Below are positions 1 to 9,070 of a stretch of DNA of 64,000 nucleotides, piece by piece (the first letter of the stretch is position 1; each line of letters begins with the position of its first letter). The notes beneath the pieces were generated by a model. That model was not told the DNA's origin and made no database searches. It saw only the letters and a list, made by a program, of their open reading frames with translations. The stretch is from assembly GCF_011045215.1 (NCBI RefSeq), contig NZ_CP049201.1. One strand, 5' to 3'. The DNA is from Escherichia coli. GTDB lineage: Bacteria; Pseudomonadota; Gammaproteobacteria; Enterobacterales; Enterobacteriaceae. The translations under genes and the position numbers were made by a program.

Positions 1-60
1 GACAGTGGAAAGCAGCGAAAAAACGAGTTAAAAAGCGGTAGAAAAAGTTAAGTTCCCGGT

Positions 61-114
61 TGATCGAATGGATGCGAATCGCTGATCGAACTTCGATGCC
101 AATCCGTGATCGAA
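61..114. repeat. Three direct copies of TGATCGAA spaced 22 and 24 bp apart (iteron-like, each containing GATC)
   Basis: Seen directly: TGATCGAA at 61-68, 83-90 and 107-114, upstream of the first ICE ORF. Confidence 0.5.
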
Positions 115-186
115 TAGAGCGGAATACGCATTCCTGTCTGGGCACATGAACAGCTGGCTGCATGGGATGCCGCAGAGTTTGCTGCA

Positions 187-882
187 ATGTCGGATTTTAT
201 TACGGAACACTACTGGACGGGACAGGGCAGTATCAATGTGTACCGCATTGTGGGGACTGACCATCCACAGTATGCCGGAATGACCTGGCTGGAGCTGCTG
301 GAGCGCGGTAAACGCATGGACATCAATATCCCGTTACTCGAAAAGAATCCGGGATATTACACGCAGGCTGAGCAACAGCATGCCGGGATGAGTTTTGTCA
401 GCACGGATGGCATTCACTGGTATGTCAGTGCTGACGGTAATCACCGCAGCTGTCTGGCCCGCTTTCTGTTTCACCTGCAGGGGGAGGGGCGCACACAGCT
501 TCACAATGTGGCCCAGAGTGTTTATCACACGGACCGGGAGTTCCGGTCTGCCTGTCGGGAGATTCACAACCTGACAGAACCGTTGTCCCGGCATGGTGTG
601 TATCTTCGTCTGCAGACCCGGCGGCAGTGTGTTTCCCGCGAAGACCTGGCCTGCTGGAAAGTGGACCGTTTCAGAACAGAGGCGCAGCTGACAGTGGATG
701 ACGGTCATGTCGGCGGACATGACGGGCCACCGGTGTATAAGGCATTACTGCTGAATGCGGCAGATGCATGGCGGGAGGTGATGGTGTTACAGCGCAGACT
801 GGAGGTTCTGTCAGCGTCACCGGAGAACGATTTGCCGCGCTCATGGTGGTGGCGTCTTTTACAGAGAGGTACCCGGTCATGA
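187..882 (+). CDS. ICE-associated hypothetical protein (231 aa), translationally coupled to the coupling-protein gene
   Basis: Long ORF in the same orientation as the T4SS block; its stop overlaps the next start (ATGA at 879-882). Confidence 0.55.
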   Translation: MSDFITEHYWTGQGSINVYRIVGTDHPQYAGMTWLELLERGKRMDINIPLLEKNPGYYTQAEQQHAGMSFVSTDGIHWYVSADGNHRSCLARFLFHLQGEGRTQLHNVAQSVYHTDREFRSACREIHNLTEPLSRHGVYLRLQTRRQCVSREDLACWKVDRFRTEAQLTVDDGHVGGHDGPPVYKALLLNAADAWREVMVLQRRLEVLSASPENDLPRSWWWRLLQRGTRS

Positions 883-2975
883 GTAACCGTTATGTGATTG
901 AGGCCCTGCTGCGACCGGCGGTGGAGCTGAACACTGCCGTGGTGGCGGCAACGGCGGCCGGTGTCTGTGTGACAGCGCCCTGGGCGGTGGCGCTGGCCCC
1001 CTCTGTCAGTTATGCCACTGCCGCCGGTTTTGGCGTTCTGGCAGCGGTCCGTTTCCGCCAGGGAATGAAGGTCATCCGCTACCGTCGCAATCTGCGGCGT
1101 CTGCCCCGTTATGTGATGAGTACCCGGCAGATACCCGTGAGCCGTCAGCGCCTTTTTCTGGGGCGGGGATTTCGCTGGACACAGAAACACACCCAGCGCC
1201 TTCAGGATACGCTGCGCCCGGAGGTGGCCAGGTACCTTCAGCCGGGCTGGCTGTACCGGATGGCCCGTCAGCTTGAGCTGAAAACGGAGCATACCGTCCC
1301 CCGTCTGGGCGCACTTTTGCGTCAGGACTCTCCGCTGAATCCGGTACGCCCCCTGCCGCCGGTGGGCGGGAATCCGGCACTGCATGGTATTGAACCGGAT
1401 GAACAGGATGTGACGCTGGCGCTGGGAGAGAGGGTGGGACACACCATTGTTTATGGTACCACCCGTGTCGGTAAAACCCGGCTGGCAGAGCTGCTGGTCA
1501 CACAGGATATCCGCCGGGGAGAGGTCACCATTGTCTTTGACCCCAAAGGGGATGCTGACCTGTTGCTGCGTGTATGGGCAGAAGCACACCGTGCCGGCAG
1601 GGGCGATGAGCTGTATATCTTTCATCTGGGCTGGCCGGAAATCTCTGCGCGTTATAACGCAGTGGGGCGTTTTGGCCGGGTATCGGAGGTGGCCACCCGT
1701 GTGGCGGGACAGTTGTCCGGTGAAGGCAACAGTGCTGCTTTCCGGGAGTTTGCCTGGCGTTTTGTCAATATCATTGCCCGCGCCCTGGTGGCGCTGGGAG
1801 AACGCCCGGATTACACGCTGATTATGCGCTATGTGAATAATATTGCTGACCTCTATATTCGTTATGCCGGAAAGGTGGTCAGTGAACAGATGCCGGAACT
1901 GGAAAGCGCCATTCTGAATAACATGAATGTGCTGGGTGAAGATGATGTGCCCAGGACCATGCAGAACCAGCCGGATGCTGTGCGTATCTGGGCTATTGAG
2001 GTGGCGCTCAGCAGTGACGCCGGGAAGAAACTCTATGACCCGATACTGGATGGTCTTCGAAGTGCGGTACGTTATGACCGTACTTATTTTGACAAAATTG
2101 TGGCCTCCCTGCTGCCGTTGCTGGAAAAACTGACCACAGGAAAGACGGCAGAGCTGCTGGCACCGGACTACCTGGATATGAGTGATACCCGTCCCGTGTT
2201 TGACTGGGAACAGGTGATACGTAAAAAGGCGGTGGTGTATATCGGTCTTGATGCGCTCAGTGACAGTGAGGTGGCCAGTGCCGTGGGAAACTCCATGTTT
2301 GCAGACCTGGTGAGTGTGGCCGGACATATCTACAAACACGGTATGAATGCCGGATTGCCCGGTGCCGGGGAGAGTAAAAATGTGGTCAACCTGCACTGTG
2401 ATGAGTTCAACGAACTGATGGGCGATGAATTTATTCCGCTTATCAACAAGGGCGGTGGTGCCGGTATGCAGGTGACGGCGTATACCCAGACGTCTTCGGA
2501 TATTGAAGCCCGCATCGGTAATGCGGCTAAAACTGCCCAGGTACAGGGTAACTTCAATAACATGATTATGCTGCGCGTCAGGGAGAACCGGACGGCAGAG
2601 CTGCTGACCAGTCAGCTGCCTCAGGTGGAGATTTACACCAAAACACTGGTGTCGGGGCATCAGGATACCGCCGATGTGACGTCCGGCCAGGATTTCACCT
2701 CCAGCACCCAGGACCGCGTTGGCACAGTAAAGGTACCCTTACTGGAGCCGGCGGATATCGTCACCCTGCCAAAGGGGCAGGCATTTGCCCTGCTGGAAGG
2801 TGGACAGTTGTGGAAAATCCGGATGCCGCTGCCGGCGTCAGAGAAGGACGATGCGCTGATGCCGGAGAGTATTGCAAAAGTGGCTGAAGCCATGCGGCGT
2901 CATTACCACACCGGAGAGGGGTGGTGGCATGAAGCCCCGGCCGTGAATGTGCCGGAAGGAGACGGACATGGCTGA
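879..2975 (+). CDS. traD: Type IV coupling protein (TraD-like ATPase)
   Basis: 698-aa ORF with Walker A-like GTTRVGKT and overall TraD/TraG coupling-protein character; start moved to ATG 879, which overlaps the upstream stop. Confidence 0.8.
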   Translation: MSNRYVIEALLRPAVELNTAVVAATAAGVCVTAPWAVALAPSVSYATAAGFGVLAAVRFRQGMKVIRYRRNLRRLPRYVMSTRQIPVSRQRLFLGRGFRWTQKHTQRLQDTLRPEVARYLQPGWLYRMARQLELKTEHTVPRLGALLRQDSPLNPVRPLPPVGGNPALHGIEPDEQDVTLALGERVGHTIVYGTTRVGKTRLAELLVTQDIRRGEVTIVFDPKGDADLLLRVWAEAHRAGRGDELYIFHLGWPEISARYNAVGRFGRVSEVATRVAGQLSGEGNSAAFREFAWRFVNIIARALVALGERPDYTLIMRYVNNIADLYIRYAGKVVSEQMPELESAILNNMNVLGEDDVPRTMQNQPDAVRIWAIEVALSSDAGKKLYDPILDGLRSAVRYDRTYFDKIVASLLPLLEKLTTGKTAELLAPDYLDMSDTRPVFDWEQVIRKKAVVYIGLDALSDSEVASAVGNSMFADLVSVAGHIYKHGMNAGLPGAGESKNVVNLHCDEFNELMGDEFIPLINKGGGAGMQVTAYTQTSSDIEARIGNAAKTAQVQGNFNNMIMLRVRENRTAELLTSQLPQVEIYTKTLVSGHQDTADVTSGQDFTSSTQDRVGTVKVPLLEPADIVTLPKGQAFALLEGGQLWKIRMPLPASEKDDALMPESIAKVAEAMRRHYHTGEGWWHEAPAVNVPEGDGHG

Positions 2976-3720
2976 TCCCCGTCGTGATGTGGACCGTCCT
3001 GACGCCGCACAACCGCCACGCCGGCACGGGCTGCTGTATAACCTGCTGTGGGGGTGGCCGTGGACACTGGCCGGGATGGTACTCTCTTCCCTGTTGCTGA
3101 GCCTGCTGATTGAGTACGTGGGTATTACGTTTTTCTGGCCCGGACAGGGGGCCGGGCACAGTGAAGCGGTCATGAACACTGAGCTGGGCTGGTTATCCTC
3201 GGAATTCACCCGCAGTCTGCTGCTGTCCACGCCGTCAGTGACGGTGATGAAGTGGGTGTCCACGGCGTACCAGTGGCTGTTTGTGGACAGCGGATTTATG
3301 GCCTGGATGAAGCAGGGCGCTTCGGTCGATAACAGTGTGATACAGGAAGTGGATACTCTGGGCCGCTGGCTGGCGCATTACCTGCATGATTACCTGATGG
3401 CCACGGTATATGTGACGGTGGTGACGCTGGTCCGGGTGACGATTCTGGTGCTGTCAGTGCCCCTGTTTGTGATGGTGACTCTGGTGGCTGTGGTGGAAGG
3501 TCTGGGAAGACGTGACCTGCGCCGGTACGGTGCTGCGTATGAATCCAGTTTTGTTTATCACCATGCCAGAAAGTCCATTAAACCGGCGATATACATTCCC
3601 TGTATTCTTTATCTGTCCTGGCCCACGGCAGTATACCCGAACCTGCTGATATGGCCGGCGGCCATGCTTCTGGGGGGAGCTATCACCGTGACCATGGCGT
3701 CTTTCAAGAAATATTTATAA
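2968..3720 (+). CDS. ICE integral membrane protein
   Basis: ORF overlapping the traD stop (ATGGCTGA); several long hydrophobic segments; conserved position after traD in this ICE type (recalled). Confidence 0.6.
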   Translation: MADPRRDVDRPDAAQPPRRHGLLYNLLWGWPWTLAGMVLSSLLLSLLIEYVGITFFWPGQGAGHSEAVMNTELGWLSSEFTRSLLLSTPSVTVMKWVSTAYQWLFVDSGFMAWMKQGASVDNSVIQEVDTLGRWLAHYLHDYLMATVYVTVVTLVRVTILVLSVPLFVMVTLVAVVEGLGRRDLRRYGAAYESSFVYHHARKSIKPAIYIPCILYLSWPTAVYPNLLIWPAAMLLGGAITVTMASFKKYL

Positions 3721-3732
3721 CCCCAGGCGCTG

Positions 3733-3772
3733 GACAGCCCGGCGCAAAACTGGTTTTTGTGCCGGGCTGTCA
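3733..3772 (+). terminator. Stem-loop (11-bp perfect inverted repeat GACAGCCCGGC / GCCGGGCTGTC) after the membrane-protein gene
   Basis: Seen directly, 13 bp after the stop codon; no clear T-run, so intrinsic terminator function is uncertain. Confidence 0.35.
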
Positions 3773-4052
3773 GCAGACAAGCCACGTGACAGTCGTCAGT
3801 GCGCGTCAGTGTGCTGTTTTATTTACATGTCATTATCTGACTTAATTCCGTTTTTTGCCAGCCCGGATGTCGGTGCAAATGTGTGAGTTTGCCAGCCAAC
3901 ACCATCAGAATCCTTGCTCAGCGCCGGAAAATCTTCCGGTGTTCAGCCATGCCGCTTTTCCCGTAAAAATTTTCAGTTCTGCAAACAGAGTTTATTGCTG
4001 ACCTGTTTCCCTGCCTTACGCATCCTGTACGCACCGTTTAACTCTGAAGGAG

Positions 4053-4403
4053 GTGCGTATGCGTTCTTTTCCGGCATCAGCCTGTCGTGCCGGCCGTCTG
4101 GCCGGGGCTGCGGGGATGCTGTTTCTTTTCACCCTTGCCATACCCGTTCAGGCGGCTGAACAGGATGAACTGGCCACTGCCATGCGCCAGCTTGATCAGG
4201 TGCAGGCGGCGCTGGAGCGGGCCCGGGTGGCTGCAGTTCAGTCCGGTTCGTCTGAGCCATCCCGTTACTTCTTTGATTATTCCCGGGCACGTGCCGATCT
4301 GGAGACCATCCGTAATGGCATTGACCGCTATCTCACACCTTCCCGGGCTCAGCCCCGCACAACGTCGACTGTGAACGGTCATTACCGACGGGAGCGTCCC
4401 TGA
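4053..4403 (+). CDS. Secreted ICE protein with signal peptide (conjugative transfer region protein)
   Basis: RBS GAAGGAGG upstream; N-terminal hydrophobic signal ending AIPVQA-AEQ. Confidence 0.6.
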   Translation: MRMRSFPASACRAGRLAGAAGMLFLFTLAIPVQAAEQDELATAMRQLDQVQAALERARVAAVQSGSSEPSRYFFDYSRARADLETIRNGIDRYLTPSRAQPRTTSTVNGHYRRERP

Positions 4404-4645
4404 TGGGCATGTCTGCCGTGCAGTCTTCCGCCTTTAAAGCGGCTTCCGGGGAAATGGATATCAGTGCCCTGCATCTGCTGTCACTCGGACTGCTTTTTGC
4501 CGTGCTCTTTCTCTGGGCGGCCTGGGCGCTGCTGGATGTCTGGGCGGGCTGGAGTAATGAGAAGGTCCGCAGCGCAATGCTGGGGCGCTTTTTTATCCGG
4601 CTGGCTCTCCTGCTGGTTCTCAGTATCTGGATGTTTGCCAGCTGA
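4403..4645 (+). CDS. Small ICE membrane protein (80 aa)
   Basis: Start overlaps previous stop (TGATGG); two hydrophobic helices. Confidence 0.55.
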   Translation: MGMSAVQSSAFKAASGEMDISALHLLSLGLLFAVLFLWAAWALLDVWAGWSNEKVRSAMLGRFFIRLALLLVLSIWMFAS

Positions 4646-4688
4646 GGTGAGTTGTTATCTGAATCATGATTATGAGGATTTTGTGTTT

Positions 4689-5087
4689 ATGAAGTGGTGT
4701 TTTCGTTTTCTGAAACGTCTTGTTTCTCTGCCGCACACAATGCTGTTACGCCTGTGGCAGGCCGTGTTCTCACTGTGTCTGTTGCTCTGGATGAGTATGC
4801 AACCGGCGCTGGCTGATCTGCCCACCATGGAACCTCCGTCCTCCGGCGGTGGCAGCGGTCTGTTCGGGCAGATTAAAGGGTATTCCCAGGACGGTGTGGT
4901 GCTGGGTGGTCTGATTATCTCCGCCATTGGGTTTATTGTCGTGGCGAATTCCGCAATTTCCACGTTTGCGGGAGTCCAGAAAGGACAAAAAACCTGGACG
5001 GAGTTTGGGGCCATTGTGGTGGTGGGGGTGATTCTGCTGGTTGCGGTGATCTGGCTGCTGACCAAATCGGCTTCCATCATTCTGTAA
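4689..5087 (+). CDS. Pilin-like (VirB2/TraA-like) membrane protein, 132 aa
   Basis: Signal-like N-terminus (MQPALA-DLP) followed by two hydrophobic segments; position within the T4SS block. Start taken at ATG 4689 rather than the ORF-track start. Confidence 0.55.
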   Translation: MKWCFRFLKRLVSLPHTMLLRLWQAVFSLCLLLWMSMQPALADLPTMEPPSSGGGSGLFGQIKGYSQDGVVLGGLIISAIGFIVVANSAISTFAGVQKGQKTWTEFGAIVVVGVILLVAVIWLLTKSASIIL

Positions 5088-5098
5088 GGAATACGCCC

Positions 5099-5464
5099 AT
5101 GCAGACCATTCATTTTTTACCCGATCGCCTTAATGTGGAGCCGGCCGTGTTCCGGGGCTTCACCACGCCGGAGCTGGGGCTGGCCGCACTGAGCGGTGCC
5201 GCTCTCGGCCTGCTCTGGCCGTTACCGCTGCTTCCGCTGACCGGCTGGGTGATGATCCCGACCGGGATGATGGTCACGCCGTTGCTGCTGATCTGGTTCG
5301 GCGGAAGCTGGATCACCCGGATGAAACGCGGCAAACCGGATAACTGGCTCTGGCAGCGGCTGGAGGAGAAAAAGTGTCGGGCCGGTATGGGGCGTTCATC
5401 GCTGATTATGGTGGCGCAGGGCTGGTCCCTGCGCCGTACCCGGCCGGTAAGGAGAGTTTTATGA
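5099..5464 (+). CDS. ICE membrane protein (121 aa)
   Basis: RBS AAGGA upstream; hydrophobic N-terminal half; overlaps the next gene start. Confidence 0.55.
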   Translation: MQTIHFLPDRLNVEPAVFRGFTTPELGLAALSGAALGLLWPLPLLPLTGWVMIPTGMMVTPLLLIWFGGSWITRMKRGKPDNWLWQRLEEKKCRAGMGRSSLIMVAQGWSLRRTRPVRRVL

Positions 5465-6114
5465 GTCGTTTTCGTCACGCCCTTCAGGACAGGGACCAGC
5501 ATATCCGCAGCCTGCGCATTATCAGTGCCGTACTGGCAGGATTTCTGTTGCTGGCCTGTATTGGCTGGATGACTGCCCCCAGCCGTCTGACCATTCATAA
5601 CCCGCCGGATTTGCGTTCCGGCAGTACCCGTCCGTGGTGGGAAGTGCCCCCGTCGACGGTTTACTCCTTCGCCTTTTATATCTTCCAGCAGTTAAATGCC
5701 TGGCCGAAGAACGGAGAAGTGGATTACCCGGCTAAAATTCATGCCCTGTCGGCCTATCTGACGCCGTCATGCCGTGAACTGATGGAGAACGATGCCCGCC
5801 GCCGTAAGGATGCAGGGGAACTGCTTGACCGCGTACGTGTGGTGTATGAAATCCCTGAGCACGGGTACGGTGGGCGCTACAACAAAAATCCGGTGACCGT
5901 ACAGGGCCGGGATAACTGGCTGGTACGTCTGGACCTGGTGGCGGATGAGTATTTTCATACCGAGCCGGTCAAGCGTGCGCTGGTGCGTTATCCCCTGAAA
6001 GTGGTGCGTTGGGAGGGGGACCCGGAACAGAATCCCTTCGGGCTGGCGCTTGACTGCTACAGCGGTACACCACAACGGCTGGAAGCCGCGCCGGCTGCCG
6101 GAGGGACGCAGTGA
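5461..6114 (+). CDS. ICE T4SS component with single N-terminal TM anchor (VirB8-like topology, tentative)
   Basis: 217-aa ORF starting at ATG 5461 (overlaps previous stop); one TM helix then a soluble domain. Confidence 0.55.
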   Translation: MSRFRHALQDRDQHIRSLRIISAVLAGFLLLACIGWMTAPSRLTIHNPPDLRSGSTRPWWEVPPSTVYSFAFYIFQQLNAWPKNGEVDYPAKIHALSAYLTPSCRELMENDARRRKDAGELLDRVRVVYEIPEHGYGGRYNKNPVTVQGRDNWLVRLDLVADEYFHTEPVKRALVRYPLKVVRWEGDPEQNPFGLALDCYSGTPQRLEAAPAAGGTQ

Positions 6115-7061
6115 TGAATGGCAACGTTTGTCGTCTGATTAGGGGGAGTCTGATGGCGCTGCCGTTACTGATACCCCCGTTTGTGCTGCATGCTGACGAA
6201 CTGATGAAGTGGGAGCGTATTCCGTTATCCGTACCCCTGAAGGTGGGGCAGGAGCGGGTGATTTTTGCGGACAAAAATGTGCGGGTGGGGTTCCCGCCGG
6301 CACTGAACGGTAAGCTGCGGGTACAGAGTACCGGTGGTGCCGTGTACCTGAAGGCGGACAGTGCCTTTCCACAGACACGGCTGCAGTTGCAGGATGTGGA
6401 GACCGGGGAAATGATTCTGCTCGATGTCACCGCCGGTGAACAGGGACCTTCTGAGCCGGTACGTATTGTGTATGACGGTGAGGTCAGCACGGTCAGTCAG
6501 GCGACTGACCTGATGAAACCGGCGTCCTCATCCGGTAAAACCTCCACCGGTCAGTCGCGGGCACCGGGACAGGATGACGGTACGCAGGCCCGGCGTCAGC
6601 CGGTTCGTTACAGCGCGCCCCTGCCGGTGTTACTGACCCGTTACGCTGCCCAGTCCCTGTATGCCCCGCTCAGGACTCTGGAGGCGGTGCCGGGTGTTCA
6701 CCCGGTCAGTCATCACCTGCCCGGACGCATCACCACCCTGTATCCGTCAGAGCCCCTGACCGTCACGCCACTGGCGGCATGGGGCGCTGGCGGACGCACG
6801 GTGGTGGCGCTGAAGCTCATCAACACGGTCAGCCGTAAGGTGGTGCTGGACCCCAGGGCACTGCAGGGAAATTTTGTGACCGCCACCTTCCAGCATCGCT
6901 GGCTGGGACCTGCAGGCACACCGGAGGACACCACAACACTGTATCTGGTGACAGAGGGCCGGCCGGACAGGGCGTTTATCGCAGAGCCAGTCCGCCGTAA
7001 AGTCACCACAGCCCGTAAGACAGGGGGCAGCGCCCGCGGGGAGGTGAACCGTGCAGATTAA
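6111..7061 (+). CDS. Secreted ICE T4SS protein (VirB9/TraK-like, tentative)
   Basis: Start overlaps previous stop; N-terminal signal peptide (MALPLLIPPFVLHA). Confidence 0.6.
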   Translation: MMNGNVCRLIRGSLMALPLLIPPFVLHADELMKWERIPLSVPLKVGQERVIFADKNVRVGFPPALNGKLRVQSTGGAVYLKADSAFPQTRLQLQDVETGEMILLDVTAGEQGPSEPVRIVYDGEVSTVSQATDLMKPASSSGKTSTGQSRAPGQDDGTQARRQPVRYSAPLPVLLTRYAAQSLYAPLRTLEAVPGVHPVSHHLPGRITTLYPSEPLTVTPLAAWGAGGRTVVALKLINTVSRKVVLDPRALQGNFVTATFQHRWLGPAGTPEDTTTLYLVTEGRPDRAFIAEPVRRKVTTARKTGGSARGEVNRAD

Positions 7062-8541
7062 ATCCAACACGCTGGTCAAATTTGTGGTGCCCGTTGTTGT
7101 GGTGGTCGGGGTATTCATCGGGCTTAAAGGCTGTGGTGATCCCGCGTCGTCATCAGGCCCGTCAGCACAGCAGACACAGGTTCCGGGGACGCTGTCTCAG
7201 GAGGAGCTGAAGGCGCTGGGTGTTGAGGGTGACACGCCGGAAGACACCCTGCGCACGCTTATCGGGCGTCTCAATCAGGTACGTGAACGTCAGCAGACGC
7301 TGGACGAACAGAACAGCAAACTGCTGAAGGAGAATGAACAACTGCGTAAACGCGGAACGGATGTGTCCGGTCAGCTGAACGATGCCGTGGCAGGACTGCA
7401 GAAAAGTTATGAGGAGAAACAGCGCCAGCTGCAGAACGAGCAGAACACCCTGATGGCAAAGGTGCAGTCCCTGACGGAGCAGCTGGCGCAGCAGGGTGGC
7501 ACCAGTAAGGCAAATACTGACAGCGATATTCCCCTCGGGCTGGGGCTTGACGGACTGAGTGGTTCTCCGGGAAGCGCGGTGTCACAGGGGGCCGATGGCC
7601 TGATGTGGGTGACGCCGGCTGACCAGTCACAGCCTGACCCACGGGATGTGGCAGGGGGTAAAAGTGGTCCCCGTTTCCCCACCTCCTTTCTGGATGATAA
7701 CCCGCTGACCCGTCAGAAGGCGGCGTATGAACAGCAGGTGAAGGGATACAGTAACGAGAAACAACAGGCCACCACACAGGCCGTCTACACCCTGCCGGAG
7801 AATGCCACCCTGGTCGGGAGCCGGGCAATGACGGCCCTGCTGGGGCGGGTGCCGGTCAACGGCACGGTGACAGACCCTTATCCGTTCAAGGTGCTTATCG
7901 GTAAGGACAACCTGACTGCCAACGGCATTGAACTGCCGGATGTGGAAGGGGCCGTGGTGTCCGGTACCGCCAGTGGTGACTGGACGCTCTCCTGTGTGCG
8001 GGGCCAGGTGAACAGTATCACCTTTGTGTTTGCTGACGGGCGGGTTCGCACGCTGCCGGCACCGGATGTGAACGGCACCACCAACAGCAATCAGCAGACG
8101 AAGAACGGGAATAACACCGGCGGCATTGGCTGGATTTCGGATGAGGATGGCATTCCGTGTATCAGTGGCACCCGTAAGTCCAATGCTGCCACATACCTGC
8201 CCACCATTTTCGGTCTGTCTGCCGCGGGGGCGGCCGGTGAGGCCCTGAGTCAGGGGCAGTACACCACGCAGAATAACGTCAACGGCCTTTCTTCTGCGCT
8301 GACCGGGAGTGCCGGGGAGGCGGCACTGGGTAAGGCGATTTCCGGCGGAATGAATGAGACAGCAGAGTGGGTGAAGCAGCGTTACGGGCAGACGTTTGAT
8401 GCCATTTATGTGCCACCGGGAAAAAGGCTGGCCGTTCACATCACCCGCCAGCTGGCGATTGATTACGAAGACCAGGGCCGTAAGGTGCGTTATGACTTCA
8501 CCCTGCCGGGAGAGGCGGACACACAGGGTGGTCTGGACTGA
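7051..8541 (+). CDS. ICE T4SS protein with TM anchor and coiled coil (VirB10/TraB-like, tentative)
   Basis: GTG start with RBS GGGGAGGTG; N-terminal TM segment, heptad-rich region (residues ~60-140), Gly/Thr-rich C-terminal domain. Confidence 0.6.
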   Translation: MQIKSNTLVKFVVPVVVVVGVFIGLKGCGDPASSSGPSAQQTQVPGTLSQEELKALGVEGDTPEDTLRTLIGRLNQVRERQQTLDEQNSKLLKENEQLRKRGTDVSGQLNDAVAGLQKSYEEKQRQLQNEQNTLMAKVQSLTEQLAQQGGTSKANTDSDIPLGLGLDGLSGSPGSAVSQGADGLMWVTPADQSQPDPRDVAGGKSGPRFPTSFLDDNPLTRQKAAYEQQVKGYSNEKQQATTQAVYTLPENATLVGSRAMTALLGRVPVNGTVTDPYPFKVLIGKDNLTANGIELPDVEGAVVSGTASGDWTLSCVRGQVNSITFVFADGRVRTLPAPDVNGTTNSNQQTKNGNNTGGIGWISDEDGIPCISGTRKSNAATYLPTIFGLSAAGAAGEALSQGQYTTQNNVNGLSSALTGSAGEAALGKAISGGMNETAEWVKQRYGQTFDAIYVPPGKRLAVHITRQLAIDYEDQGRKVRYDFTLPGEADTQGGLD

Positions 8542-8552
8542 AGGAGAATGAG

Positions 8553-8996
8553 ATGAAACCAGATTGTTCACGCCTGCGTGTTTCAGGCAGAACGCTGTTA
8601 CCGTTACTGGTACTGACAGGGGCTGTGCTGGCCGGCGGCTGTTCCACGTCAAAAGAGGAACTGCTGCCCGCCGGGGAGCAGTCGATGCTGGAAATCTGGC
8701 AGGGGCAGTCTGGCGGCGGAAGTGCCCGTTCTGCTGCGGCAGCCCGTGACACACTGCGGCGTCCGCTGACAGAAACGGAACAGCAGGACGCTGCGCAGAC
8801 GGACCGCAGTTACAGCCGGACACAGGAGAGTGAAATCAGCCAGCAGTTTCCACGACTGCCCAACCCGGACATGGTGATGTATGTCTTTCCGCACCTTGCA
8901 GAGGGGAACTCACCGGTACCGGGCTACAGCACGGTGTTTTCATTTTACAGCCAGACGCAGTATGCGATGCCCGGTGAACGCACGGCAGCGTTCTGA
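8553..8996 (+). CDS. Conjugative-transfer lipoprotein
   Basis: RBS AAGGAG; lipobox-like LAGGC at the end of the signal peptide. Confidence 0.6.
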   Translation: MKPDCSRLRVSGRTLLPLLVLTGAVLAGGCSTSKEELLPAGEQSMLEIWQGQSGGGSARSAAAARDTLRRPLTETEQQDAAQTDRSYSRTQESEISQQFPRLPNPDMVMYVFPHLAEGNSPVPGYSTVFSFYSQTQYAMPGERTAAF

Positions 8997-9070
8997 CGGG
9001 GCGGATGAGCTGAGTGATGGTGCCGGCGTGATGCCGGCGGTTTATCAACGTATGTTAAGGGACAAGTAAA

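Noticed and set aside
705-2660. 651-aa ORF on the minus strand
   Set aside because: Lies entirely antisense to the TraD-like coupling-protein gene; His/Arg-rich low-complexity translation typical of spurious antisense ORFs in GC-rich DNA.
4464-5087. Longer 207-aa reading of the pilin-like gene starting at 4464
   Set aside because: The upstream extension overlaps the preceding gene in another frame and is Cys/Ser-rich with no RBS; the internal ATG at 4689 gives a typical signal-peptide pilin-like protein.
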